53,367 bases of DNA from Microthyrium microscopicum (lineage: Eukaryota): contig MU004236.1 of assembly GCA_010405405.1 (NCBI GenBank), positions 2,362,070-2,415,436 on the forward strand, given 5' to 3'. The notes below the pieces were generated by a model. It was not told where the DNA came from. It searched no databases and worked only from the letters and a program-made list of their open reading frames with translations. The number at the start of each line of letters is the position of its first letter. Position 1 is the stretch's first letter. The translations under genes and the position numbers were made by a program. Positions 1 through 14,500 of the stretch are shown piece by piece.

Positions 1-83
1 TTCAACGACATGGCGACTCCTGAAGCCTCCGTAAGCACAGCATCAGAGCTGTTCCCCTCCATTTTGAGTTCCGACATTCTACA

Positions 84-1025
84 ATGGGCAGCCTAGAGGT
101 TGTAGTGACACTAGCTCTGGCTTTGTTAGGCTATATACTGTCCGAACACTTCCTACCAAAGCATGATCCAAGAGAACCTCCACTGGTGAAGTCGGTGATC
201 AAGGTGCCTTTCATAGGCCACCTCCTTGGTATGCTGAGGTATGGCCATCGATATTACGCAAAAGCAGGGTACGTAAGGTCTTTCGGTCAAGAGTGGCTGC
301 TAAATTTTATCAGCGGTGAAGACCCACCGCCAATATTCACGATAGACATGTTGTTGACGAAGACAAATATTGTCACAACATTGAAGCTCATGCAGTCGGT
401 TCAACGAAATAGCAAAACACTCTCATTTGATCCTTTATTGACCTCTACTGCCGAACGAGTGATTGGAGTTCGCGGAGAAGGACTGAAAATACTGAAAGAA
501 AAGGCCATTGGAGGCCATGGCGTCAAGTTGGTCTCCTAAAGTTGTACTTTATGGCAAGGCTAATATGGACGGTGTAGCGCCTCGATGGTTCAAGCTATGC
601 TTCCGACACTTCTAGGGGATGGACTTGACAAAATGAACAAGACCATGATTGCTTTTGTTAAGCTTTCCATTGATGACTTGGTAAACGAACACGAGCCATT
701 CGACTTGTATGCTTGGATTCGCCATGCCGTAACAATCGCAAGTACAGATGCAGTCTACGGCTCTCAAAATCCGTACCGGGATCCTGAGATCGAGCAAGCA
801 TTCTGGTTAGTCAACATGCGTATTCGAGGCATTATCTGTTAAAGTGATTGACTTTACTACAGGGATTGGGACACAAATATCGTAGCGCTTATGCCGAACA
901 TCCTGCAATCCATCATTGCCAGAAAGCCTCTACTTGCTCGCGAGAAAATTGTCGAACGCATGAAAATATATTTCAAATCTGGTGTTCCTGCGGATGCCTC
1001 TGAAATGACTAAATCGAGATGGAAG
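84..1025 (+). pseudogene. Cytochrome P450 (CYP7-like fungal group), 5' part; disrupted by retroelement insertion
   Basis: N-terminal membrane anchor followed by a P-rich hinge (HDPREPPLV...PFIGH). GT-AG introns at 269-313, 527-577 and 806-862 keep the frame. Exon 4 reads ...ASEMTKSRWK up to 1025, where the copia LTR begins. Confidence 0.92.
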
Positions 1026-1320
1026 TAACGGAATACGGTCCGTGCAGCTCAGGGAATGCAGAATCGGTGAAGGGAATATTAAAGAATCTAATTAACTAAC
1101 TACTATAATAACTATAGTATTTATACCCTATTAAAGACGTAAAACGTATCTTCTTAGAGCTTAGAATTTAGGCTATAATAGAGATAAAAGTAATATATAA
1201 AAAGGAGTAGAAAAAATAAAAAGATATAATAGCTAATAAAGGCTAAATTTTAGTATTTTTACTTCTTAATCCTAAATTAAGACTAGTATAGATCTAAGGT
1301 TTAAAATAAACCTTTTATTA
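1026..1320 (-). repeat. Copia 3' LTR (295 bp)
   Basis: Collinear with 25064-25358. The differences I compared are C/T and G/A transitions. Reconstructed termini are TGACGGAA...TTC(C/T)GTCA. Confidence 0.95.
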
Positions 1321-1859
1321 TACTCTCTAAGTTTCTAATCTATAAATCTTAAAATATACTTAGTATTAAGTATAAAAGAATATTAATTTTTAGGTTTTCT
1401 AAGACTAAGCTATTAAAATATTAAAACTAGTTAAAATAGAAAATAAAGAATACTATTAGATAGCCTTAGTATAGAAAATCTAGCTTATATAAAAATATAA
1501 AAGATTTAGTAATTTATAGTAGTAGTAAAAGTATTTATAACGTTTTAGAAAGAATCTTTCTAAGCTAGTACTAAGTACTTTATATTTACTAAATTTAGTA
1601 TCTTTCTAAACTTTTTATATTTTTATAGAGAAAGAGTTTTTATTAAACTATTTACTAGTATTTTATCTATAGAAACCTATTTAATAAAGATATAGCCTTT
1701 TATAACTTTTTAATAAAGCTAAAACTAATATATATTAATATACTTTAATTTAGAAGATAAAAGCTAAGCCTACTTTATTATAATACCTATTATTTAGGTA
1801 TTATTATTTAATATTAGTATTTTAATATTAGGATTAAACTTAAGCTATAAAAAGAGGTA

Positions 1860-2081
1860 TATAAGGAGCTATTAGGCACAATTAGGTAAGTAGAATATAG
1901 CTAATATTATAGGATCTACGTATAGAGAAAAGAGATCTAGAGATAGAGCTATAGATATAAAGATATAGGGCCTAAGGGATCCTTAGATATACTAACCCTA
2001 AACAAAATAAAGAGATCTTATCTATAGGATTAGATCTCTAGATCTAATACTAAAATACTAAACCTATAAGGATTCTTTATA
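1860..2081 (-). repeat. Gypsy A 3' LTR (222 bp)
   Basis: Direct repeat of 16953-17174; reconstructed inverted termini TGTGAGGA...TCCTCACA. Confidence 0.94.
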
Positions 2082-3882
2082 TAATTCTTCCTTTTTAAAA
2101 TAGACTTCTTAAGCTATTCTAATCTATTTTATTCTAGGCTAGACTAGGCTAGTCTAATCTAATCTAGTTTAGTCTATATAAATACTAAACTCCTTTATAT
2201 ATATTACTACTAAGAGATATATAATACGTTATCTACTAACCCTAGTAACTATTAAAACCTATTAATAAAGGTAAAGATATTTATTTAAGATAGTCTATAG
2301 TATTTAATAGTCTTAATAGTAGCATTATTAAAATAAGCTAAAAATAAGGAGTATAAAACTATAAAAATAAAATACTTTTATACTATATAATCCTAATCTA
2401 TAAATAAATTATTAATATTATAATCTTCTTTTTAGTTAGGCTTTAGTAGCTTTTATAAGGGATATAGACCTAGTTTATTAAAATATAGATAATAAAACTC
2501 TAAGATAGCATTAGGTACGTTAAGTATATTCTACTATAATTACTAACTCTTATTATAATAATTATTCTACTTAATCCTATATTTTAAAACCTTACTTTTA
2601 CTATAGCCTTCCTATTTACTATTAATAATAGCGTCTATAAGCTATTCTTTTTCTTTACCTTTAACTTTACTAATAATAGCTAGTAGAGAGTTAACTTCCT
2701 TAAGAAGCTTAGCCTTATTATTAATAGGGTATAATAACTAAGTATAAAATACTAAATATATTTTTATTAACTTAAGTAAGTCTAACTTATAAGTAATACT
2801 ATTAATCTTATAAAGGACTTTAAATAGTCCTACGCTTTTATTATTAAGCGTTTTTAAAGGGCATATTATATTATAATTATAAATATTAAAATAAACCTAA
2901 TTTCCTAAATAAAGATTAGATACTAAACGCTAATATTTATTAGCGTAGAGCTTTTACTATAACTAAGCCTATACTAACTATTTCTTTAGAAATTAGTATA
3001 ACTTCTCTCTACTATTTTAAATATAATCTACTAAGGTAACTTCCTTATAAGCTACTATAGATTTATATAAAGCTTTAGGTAGTAAATAATAAGCTAACTC
3101 TAATCCTAATTTTAAAAGAAAGCTATTCTAAGCTTTAAATAGTATAAAACTTATAGTAGTACTTACTACTAAGTTAACTATAAACTTAGTAAAGAATAAT
3201 AATAAGGCCTAATTATTCTAGTCTTAGTTAATAAATAAGTATAGATATTATTTAAATATAGTAATTAAAATCTCTATAATTCTATTTATTTTAAAATACT
3301 AAGCTATACTTAGTCTTAAGATAATACTAATACGTTTATAAAGGTAGCCCTAAAATACTAATATAAACTAGATCCCTCTATCTAATAGGATAGAATCTAG
3401 CTAACTATAAAGCTTCTAGACGTAGTTAATAAATACTATAACTATTATTTTAACTAATAGGTTAGGAAGGGTAATAAATCTTTAAGACTATATAAAGTAA
3501 TTAACTATAACTATAATATAGTAATAGATAATTCTTTAGTATATATATCTTAGTAAAGAAATAGTAAAGTTAATAGAAATATCTAACTAAGTATAATTTA
3601 GTAGTAAGAAGGATCTTAATAAACCTTACTTCTTTTAACGTATAGGTTTAGCAAAAATATAATAATAGCTCTTAACAAAAGTCTTTACTAACTTTAATAT
3701 ATATAGCTACTAGTAGTCTTACTATAAATAGTAATATATTATTATAACTCCTCTATATCCTATAACCTTATATTAATAAGCCTACTTTATAACTTTATAA
3801 CGTAAATAGATAGTAAAAATAAAGAGCTTTTATTAGTAAAGCACTATACTATCTAGTATAGCTTTATAATTTATTAACTTAA

Positions 3883-4108
3883 TGTAATGATTCCTCTTTA
3901 TAGGCTTTATAGTAGTGTTATAAGAGAGATCTTATTATAAGATTACGCATTAGACTTAAAGAAGTTAGCGTGCCTAAGGATCTACTAAGTAGACTTACTT
4001 TCCTTGTAGATCTATAGCTCTTCTAAATCTTCTTCTTTCTCTTTCCTATTCGTAGATTCTAAAATATAATCTAATTATCTACTTACTTAAGTTCTATAGC
4101 TCGTTATA
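3883..4108 (+). repeat. Gypsy B 5' LTR (226 bp)
   Basis: Starts TGTAATGATTCC; direct repeat of 11309-11534. Confidence 0.95.
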
Positions 4109-7100
4109 TAATCTATAAACTATTTAAATATCTATATGCTTATACTACGTACCCTAAAATTTACTTCTAAAGAAGTACCTATATAGATTAATATCCTACG
4201 TATATAGTCTTAAACCCTATTAAAGATCCTTTATAGATTTACTAAATTTATTAGCTTTGCTAACTCCTTATCTAATTAGAGTGTTAGGATTTCCTAATAC
4301 TCTTAGACTTACTAATAACCTAAGTATTAATTACTCCTTATCCTTAGTTCTATAAAATACTAAAGTTTATCTTCTATACTACTACTAAATATCTATAATT
4401 ATACTTAATATACTTACTATTAAAACGTATTAAATAAATAAGCGTTCTTTCCTAATACTCTTCTTTATTATTTATAACTATAGCTAATAAGGCTTCTACC
4501 TAATAGACCTAAGTTAATAGCTATATAGCCTACTTACTATCTCTAGTTACTTATACTTAGCCTTATAATTAGCATTAATTCTTATTTTCTATATGCTTAT
4601 ATAATCTATCTCTATTACGTTGCTTCTCTACTATATATACTAAGTATTAAAGTAGACTTAATACCTAAGATATAGTATAACTAAATACTACCTAAAAAAT
4701 AATAGATTTAGTAGAAAACGTCTTAAGACTATTAAAACTATTAGAACTAAACTTAAGAGCGTTATTAAAAAATAAAGATAAGTTAAAAGATAATTATCTA
4801 TTAGAATAAGGCTATAAAAGTAAAGAAACTAAAGTATTAAAAGATGCCCCTTAAAATACTAGTTAAATAACTTTACTAAACTAAATAAATATAGAAAATA
4901 ACTAACTACTAGCTCCTTTTTAACCTAATAATAATACTAGACTTTCTCTTAAAATATATAAATAGCTAATAAAACTACGCTAATAAGTTAAAGGCCTTAG
5001 AGTACTACTTATATTAATATTTTATTACTCTATAATAATAGACCTTAATTAACTAGTTACTCTAATTATTAATAAGAACTCTCTAATCTTTTAAGCTACT
5101 TAAGTACGAAAGATACTTAGTAAAAAAGGCAATAAGCTAAAGAATATAAGAGTATATTTCTATTATAAAGAAAAGTAATTAGACTTTTATTACTATTCTT
5201 ACTACTTAATTAAATTAAGTATAAACCTAGAATATTTATTAAAAGAAAAGCTTATACTAGATAACTTAGTTATATAGCTTTATGCTTTTCTATTAGCCTC
5301 TTAAACTATAGCTTATCTCTTTAAAATTAAGTAAAATATAAATACTTATAATATAGACTTAATCTATACTCTCTAGAAAGAAGCTCTAAAAGCTTAGAGA
5401 GAAATATAGAACTTAGCTAAAACTAATAATAAACGCGTAAAGCAAATTACTTACCTTAAAGCGTAAATCTAAAATAATACTATTATCTTTAAAGAAGTAG
5501 TAACTACTTATTAGAAGGTATAAGAACTATAATATAATAATAATCTACTTAAGAAAGTACTTACTACTTATATTAATAAGATTAGTAAATATTATAAAGC
5601 TCTATAAGAGAAGGTAAATAAAGCTACTATCCTTTAAGCTTAAGTTAACGTCTTCTAAAAAAAACCCTTAGTTACTAAGGTAACTAATTTTTATTTTAAT
5701 CGTAACGAGTTAGTAGATAATAATCTATTTTATTAAACCTTCTTAACTTAAGATATAGACTAACCTAACTTAAATATACTTCTAAAAGTACTAAACTTAT
5801 ATTAAACTACTCCTTTTTCTAACCTTAACTTAGTTAATAGCACCTTTCTTTTTAAAATATAAAGTAATAAGCTTTTACTCTTCTTAGAAAAGGATAAGTA
5901 GAAGTATTATACTTAAAAAGATAAAGTATTAGATTACCTTAATAATAATATATAAGTCTATTTTATAGAAGCCTTTAAGATCTAAGTTATCTAAGGAGTA
6001 ATAAAAGATTAGGCATTTAGTACTATTAATAAGTAAAGTAACTATAAGTTAATTAATCTATATTTATCTATAGTAAAGATATAGTCTAATTTAGACTATA
6101 AGTATAATATTAAAGATAGCTATATTACTACTAAGACTTAGCTTAAAAGTTAAGAAGCTATAATAAAGCCTACTAAGAAGCTTAAATAATTCCTAGCTTA
6201 CTTCTTAGAGAACTTATAAGAAGCTAAGCTTAGTAATTAAGATAAGATTATTAAAATACGTCTCCTTCTACTCCTAAAGTTTATAAAAAGAATACTCTTT
6301 ATAGAGTTAAAAACATTTACTAACTTCCTTAAGAACTTATATACTATTACTTATTATATTAAATACGTCTCTTCTACTAATTTATAAAGCTATAATAATA
6401 ATAATTATTTAGTAGCTAAGAGTAGTGAATAAAAACTAAAGTTTAACTATTCTTTAAATATCTATAATGCCTTAAAGGCTAATAACTATTATATAAAGTA
6501 TAGAGAGAAGAGCTATAGCTATTAATATAACTTAGTACTATATAAAGATAAAGACGCTCTTTTAAATACTAAAATCTAACTAAAGGTTACTACTATTATT
6601 ATAGAGTTTACTACTATCTATAATTAAATTACTACTTAATCTCCTTAGTTCCTAACTATAGAGAATAATTATAATAAGTATAATTATAATAATAATATAG
6701 AAAACTAAAAGCTCTTCTATAGAGACGTATAAAGAAGCTAAATAAGTAAGAAATATATAATTAGTAACGAAAAAAGAAGGAACTTAATCTTAAGCTAATT
6801 CTCTCTAAAGAATAAATCTAATATAAGGTTAATAAGACTATCTAACACCTAGAAGGTAATCTCTAATAAGCGTTATTCCTAAAGCCTATTATATTTAATA
6901 ATATTAAACTAGCTATTATTAAGATATTCCTTACTTCTATAGTATATAATTTCTATCCCTAAGAAGTAGCTACTATACCTATAGTAAGTAACTAATAAAC
7001 TATCTCTAATACTATATTCTCTTTAAAATAAGGCTACTACTTAAAAATTAATATCCTTATAAATACTAGTAATAGAGTAATAAGAATTATTTACTCTAAC

Positions 7101-10100
7101 TTTATTAAATAATATAGGATCCCTACTATTAATCTTTTTGTCCTCTAAATTATATAATTAGCTAATAGTAAAGCTATTACGAAAGTTAATAAAGCTACTA
7201 TAGTTAATATCTATTTAGAAAGGTATATTAAATAAATCTACTACTTTATTATAAATATTACTAACTATAACTTTATCCTTAGTAATCCTTAAATTAACCT
7301 CTATGAGGTTACTCTTAAAGAAGATAAAAAATAAATTTACTTTAACTTAAACTACTACCTTATATACTACTTACTAGTAAGCTACTTAATCTTAGTAAAT
7401 TATAAAGGCTACTTAGTTAATCTAATAGACCCTTACTTTAAAAACATTACTATAATTAGTACTACTACTTTTATTAAGTTACTAAAATAAAGCTAGTAAT
7501 TTAATAAAATCTAACCTAATAACTTTAAAGATAAAAAGGAAAAGAAACTTCTAAATTTAGATCCTATACTAAAGAAAGATATTACTATTAACTTAAGCAA
7601 AATCTTACCTAAGGATTTTAAAAAATAGTAAGAGAAATATAATAAGCCTTCTCTCTTATAAGAAGAGATTCTTAAACGCCTACTAAAGGAATATTACTAT
7701 TATATAAACGTCTTTAACTTAAAGTTAGATAATAAACTTATACTATACTATAGTAAATAGGATTACTTTATTAATATTATCCTAAATGCTATAATCCTTA
7801 AACGCTACTATAATAACCTAAGTTACTAAGAATTTCTTATTATTAAATAATATATTAATTAAATACTTAATTAAAATTAAGTTTAAGCTAATAAGTTATA
7901 TTATACTATACTAATACTATATATATATAAGCTAAGAGAAGGAATTTAAGTTTATATTAATTATTATAGACTTAATAAGATTATATAAAAGAATTATAAT
8001 ATCCCTCTATAGCTACTAAAAATACTTACTTATATCTATTATATAAAATACTTTTCTAAATTTAACGTTATTACTACCTTTATATATATTTATATTAAAC
8101 CTAGTAATAAATATAAAACTATATTCCTAACTTATTATAGGTTATATAAATTTAAAGTTATGCTCTTTAGCTTTACTAAAGCCCTAAGAACCTTCTAAGC
8201 TTATCTTAACTATATCCTAATTAATTACCTAAATAACTTTATTATAAGCTATATAGATAATCTATTAATCTTTAGTAATACTAAAGCTAGCTATACTACC
8301 TATACCTACCTAGTCCTAAAAGTAATAAGTAAAGTAAGATTATACTTAGATATCTAAAAGTATAAATTTAATACTTAATAAGTTAAATATCTTAGCCTAA
8401 TTATTACTACTAAAGGTATTAAGATAGACCTAAAGAAAGTTTAAAGTATAATTAACTAGTAACGTCCCTTTTTAATAAAAAATATTTAAGCTTTCCTTAG
8501 CTTTATTAACTTCTACTACTAATTTATTCTTAAATATTTAAAGACTATAGTATTATTAATAGTACTTATAAAGAAGGACGCTATAGTAATTTTTCCTTAG
8601 AACCTTAACAAGCTAGAGGAATATATATTTAAGAAGCTAAAGTAAGACTTTATATTTACTAAGATATTATATTACTTTAACTATATAAAAAAAATATAGC
8701 TAAAAATAGACGCCTTAGATTAGATTTATACTATAGTCTTCTCTTAAAAAGATAATAATAAGAAGCTTTACCTAGTTACGTACTTCTTAAAGAAGATAAC
8801 CTTAATAGAATATAATTATAATATTTATAATAAAGAGCTTCTAGCTATTATCTATATATTTAAAGAATAGGAATTAGAGCTATTTAGCTCTATTAACCCT
8901 ATTTAAGTATTCTCTAATTATTATAACCTTTAAATATTTATAATAACAAAACATCTCTCTTAATAATAAGCTAAATAAACTAAGTTCTTTTCCTAGTTTT
9001 ACTTTAAGATAAAGTACTACCTAAGTATAGCTAATAGAAAGGCTAATACCCTTACCTATTAGTTATAAGACATTCTATAAAGTAATAATAACTTTTACGT
9101 CTTTTAATAGGTCTAACCTTTACTATTCTTATACTAATTTAATATAAAATACATAGTAAAGCTAGCTATATTACTTATTAAACTTACTTACCTCTTAATA
9201 CTATACTTAGCTACTATTACTTAGGATAAGTTAGATATTTCTAATCCTATAGGTAAGCTACTTAATTCTATAGGAAAGTTTCTTAATAATAATAAGACGC
9301 CTAAGAGTAAGCTACTTAATTCCTTAGGAGATAACTTATTCCTAGATTTTAATAATAACTAGTTCCTATAGGATATTATAAACGTAATAAAGTATAATAA
9401 AATAATAATAATTATTTGCTATGCTAAAACTAACTACTAGCTCTTTTTACTCTTTAGTACTCTAAAATAAGAGTAAATTAAGCCTAGAGACTATATAGTA
9501 GCTACTAATAAGATAATCCTTTACTATAACTAGATTTTTATTTTTTAAAGTAAGCTTTAGCGTTACGCTATATAGAGTATATATAGCTATAAAGCTATAA
9601 GCTATAGTAAAGTAATAATAACTTACTACTACTTATAAGAAGATTACTAATAGCCTAAGATATTATAGAATATTAAGAGCTTTATTAAAGGCTATAAATA
9701 CGTATTTACTAAACCTATTTACTAAAAGAAGTAAGGCTTCCTATATTAATTCCCTCTCCCTAAGTATATATAGTTAGATATCTTTATTAACTTTACTATT
9801 TTACTACCTTACTATTTATACTAAGGTATAATCTACTAATATATTATAGTAGTTATTAACTAATATATATAAACCTAGCATTTTATTTCGCTACTAGACC
9901 TATTTATAGACTTAATAGTACTAGCCTTTATTAACTATATATAGAAGCTTATTAGCTAACTATTAATAATTCTTTTAGACTATAGTAACTAATTTATTTC
10001 TATATTCTAGAAGCGCTTATATAAATGCGTAGATACTATACTCTATCTTAGTATAGCCTTTTACCCTAAGACTAATAGTATAATAAAAATCTTAGTTATT

Positions 10101-11308
10101 ATACTTAAGTAATTCCTATACGCGTTTATTAACTAGGATTAAGATAATTAAGTAGCCCTTCTACTCTTTACTAAATTTATAGTTAATTCTACTATAAATA
10201 CTACTATAAGAGTTATACTTTTTAAAGCTTAAAATAAATTTAACTCTTAATTAGGTCTTAAGTCCTTATATTGCTTCCTAAAACCTATAAACGCTTCTAT
10301 AACTACTAATAAAAAAGCTATTAATATAGATACAATATAGATAAGTTGCGCTAAGATACATAATTATCTAATAAAGTAATTAATCTAAGCATAAGCTTAG
10401 TAAGCAGAATACGCTAACTGCTATTACTACGTAGCCTTAGACCTAATACTAAGTAACTAAGTTCGCTTAGATACATAGAACTACCCTACTTTACGTTCTT
10501 TAAAGACTCTAAATAATAAGAATATAAGCCTCTTCTATATAATTAAGAAGATTAATACTATTACCTATAAACTTAATCTTTCCTCTTCTATAAAGATACA
10601 TAATATTTTCTACGCCTAGGTTTTCTACTATATTATAGATAACGCTAAGCTACTTAAGTATACTAATTTACTACTAATAGTTATTAGAGAAACTATAGAT
10701 AATAATGAATAGTCTATTAATGCTATTATTAATAGCTACTTTACTAATTAATATAAGAAGCTATAATATAAGATTAAGTATACTAGTTATAATAAAGCTA
10801 AATAGTATAATTAAATAGCTACTAAGAATATACTAAAGCTTATTACTAAGTTTTATACTTAGCACCTTAGTAAGCTAGGCCTATACCCTACCTAAATACT
10901 ATTAATATTAGAGCCTACTAACGATAGTATTAATTATAACTCTAATAGCGTTCCTACTAATTAGGAGAAATAAATAATTATACTACTAATTCTCTTATAT
11001 TAATAGAATTACTAACTACTAGACTACTAAGACTTAAGAACTAAAGTATTCTAAAGATATCTTAAGGTTCGTTAATGCTTCTTAATAGTTACTTTAGTAA
11101 GCTAAAGGTTAAGATACTCTAAATAACTAGTATAGTTAGTATTATACTATAGAAGGATTAAAATATTACTTATTACTAAAAGTTTATTAGATTAGACTAA
11201 ACTAGGCTAGACTAGACTAGACTAGACTAAATTAGAATAGAAGGAACTAAGAAAGTAGTTATAATTAATAATCTATAACCTAAAGAGCTATACTAAAGGA
11301 GGGGGTTA

Positions 11309-11534
11309 TATAATAATTCCTCTTTATAAGCTTTATAGCGATATTATAAGAGAGATCTTATTATAAGATTACGCGCTAGACCTAAGGGGGTTAGCGCGCC
11401 TAAGAATCTACTAAGTAGACTTACTTCCCTCGCAGATTTGTAGCTCTTCTAGATCTTCTTCTCTCTCTCTTCTGTTCGTAGATTTTAGAATATAATCTAA
11501 TTATCTACTTGCTTAAGTTCCACAGCTCGTCACA
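11309..11534 (+). repeat. Gypsy B 3' LTR (226 bp)
   Basis: Preceded by the PPT; ends CTCGTCACA followed by the TSD CTTAA. Confidence 0.95.
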
Positions 11535-14500
11535 CTTAATATACTCTTAATTAAGAATATTAAAAGGTAAGAAGTAGTCTTTTTATATTTTAGCTAGCTA
11601 AATTATAATTAATAGCTTATTAACCTTACTTACTTTTATTACCTCTTTTAAGAACTATTCTAAGGTAAAGTCTAAGAATTCCTTATTAACTAGTAGAGAA
11701 TTATCTAAACTAGCTAGAGCCTTATTCTAAAGGCTTTCTATAATAAGTTCTAAATATAACTCTCCTATTATAATAGTATCTAACTTATCTACTATAATTA
11801 TAGCTACTTATAAAAAAGATAAAATAATAAGGTTAATAAAAATTATAGTAAGTTTAACTACTTTTTTCATACTAAACTAGTAAAGAAATAAAAGTAGTTA
11901 ATACTACTAAATAATCTATAGATTATTATTACTTTAAGAAAGATCTTAGAAACGTCTTATAAGAGCGTTAGCTTTACTATTAGCTATTTCTAGATAATAT
12001 TTAATAAAAAAGTAGAATTATAATAAGAATTTAGCCTATTATATTTAATAATAAGTAAGCTTCTTTATTTTTATAAATATCTAGAGGTTTTAATAATCTA
12101 AGAAGACCTTAATAACGTCTTCTATACTAAAGAGTTTAGGTTCTTATTCTTTAAAAGCTTAAATAATAGCTAATAGTTCCTTATTATAAATATTATAATT
12201 ATATTTTATAAGTATTATCTTTTTAGATAGAAACGTAATAAGTTTAAGATCTCTATTAGTATCCTTTTATAATAATACTATTATATATACCTAATCTAAA
12301 GTATCTATTTCTACCTAAGTTTTCTTATTATAGTTAAAGTAAATAAAGATAAAAGTAGAAGTAAAAGCTTCTTTAAGAGCTTTAAATACTCTCTCTTTAA
12401 GCCCCTTTAGATTCTATAAGAAAACTATAATAACGTCTTTTCTTATAAGATTAATTAATAGCGTTATTATAGCTAAGTAGCTAAATATAAAGTAATAATA
12501 AAAATTTATAAATCTAAGAAATATCTAAGTATTTTTTAAGTATACTAGTTATTTCTATTCTAATACTACCTAAACTTTAATAAGATCTATTTTAATACCC
12601 TTAGTAGTAATAATTAAACTAAAATATTTAACTTCTTAAACGTAAAATTTAGACTTCTTAATATCTAAGAATAAACCTATATATTCTAATATATTTAAAA
12701 TAAGATAGATATATACGTTATATTTTTTTAATATTTTACTAAAGACTAAGATATTATTAAAGTAAATAGTAACGAAATTATTAAGGAATTATATTAATAT
12801 ATAGTTAACGTAAAATTAAAACGTTCTTAGTCCTTTTATAAGACTAAAGAGAAGGACGTTAAATTTAAAGAGGCTATATCTAGTAAGAAAGGCTATTTTA
12901 TACTTATCTCTAGGTTTAATCTAAATTTATTTAAACGCTATAATAATATTAAATTTTAAATAAAACTTTATATATATTAAATATATAAGTATTTTATTAA
13001 TAAGAGGAGAAATATTACTATTCTTAATAATAATTTTATTAAGTTTATAATAATTAATATAAACTCTAATACCTCTATCTAGTTTACTAATATAAAGTAT
13101 TAATATAGTATATTAAGACTTAGAAGGCCTTATAAACCTATATATTAATAATTACTCTATATATTACTTTATTATTAATACCTACTTTAAGAATATTAAA
13201 ATAAGGTAACGTTTTAGTATCTTTATATCTAGAATAAGATTAATAGTATAATTAAATTTATCTTAATATAATATAAAAGTATTAACTCATTTTAAATTAA
13301 AAACCTTAAAGTATTATTAGAACTCTTCTAGAATAAGCTTTAGTATTTCTTCTTATAATATATATAAGCTATCCTACTTATCCTACTATTTAATATAATC
13401 TTCTTTAAAGATAACGTAAGTAAAGAGATTTATTACTTTTTTATTATTATTATCTTTATCTATTATTCTATTATCTTTTATCTTTTTAAAATCTTCTAGC
13501 TAAAAAGCGTTAATAATAACGTCTTTATACTTTAAAAGCTTCTTAAATACTATAGCTAATATAAATATAATATCTATATTATTAAAAAAAGGAAGGTTAA
13601 TCGTACGTTCTTTTAGATCTATAAATATTAGATAACGTAATATAATATAATTAGTAATATATTATATACTACTAAAGATTAAAGTTTTTAATCTTTTATA
13701 AAGATTAACTTTATATTAATCTATCTAAAGCGCTTTTAATATTAAGTTATATAAGGCAACTTCTATAATAAAATAGCTAAGCTATTTAACGTAGTAGCTA
13801 ATATAAATATTAATAAGGGCAGCCTTATTAACTATAAAAATAGACTTACTATTAGTAAGCTTAATAATTTAAAGTTAAGTTAGGTTAAATATAATATACT
13901 ATATTATCTTAAGTAGTAAGAATTAATAATACTTATAGCATTACTACTTATATTAATTAGGATACCTATATTAGAATATACTTTACTATATAGAATATAA
14001 ACTTACTCTACTATAGTCTACTAAAATCTAATAATAAAGTCTTTCTTTTTAATATCCTTTAGCTATACTATAAGTATAATAAAAGCTAGTAATATATAAA
14101 TAACTTAAGAATATACTAGTATAATATAACTCTTATAGACTACTTCTTTATATTTAAGGCGCTTAATATAATAATATAAATATCTAATAATAACCTTTTT
14201 ATTTTTATAAAATATCTTCTTAGCTTTTTACTTATTAGTTTTAATATTAGGTAGTTAAGCATTAGGTTAGTTATCCTAATATTTCTTTTATTTATTTTAC
14301 GCTTTATTCTTATTTAGCTTCTCCTTATAGCTTAGTAAAGAAGCATCTAGTTTAATAAATAGTAATTATCTTTATTTTAAGCTTCCTTAATAAAGGGTTA
14401 TTAACCTTAACGTACGTATATAAATACTATAATTAATTAAGCAACCTTAGCTTTAATCTTCTAATTAAATAATAGCTCTTAATCCTTATAAAGTAGGTTC

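Larger units (their letters stand above)
3883..11534 (+). mobile_element. Ty3/gypsy chromovirus B, full length (7652 bp), RIP-inactivated; inserted in the pol of gypsy A
   Basis: 226-bp LTRs (TGT...ACA), TSD CTTAA (3878-3882, 11535-11539) and PPT AAAGGAGGGGG just before 11309. De-RIPed motifs: protease LxDTG ~7055, MPFGL..AP.TFQ ~8160, YIDDLLIFS ~8250, RNase H ETDASD ~8705 and NYDIYDKELLAI ~8815, integrase STAFHPETDG ~10050, IHxVFH ~10600, chromodomain EWSIDAII...YKIKYTGY ~10705-10800. Confidence 0.94.
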
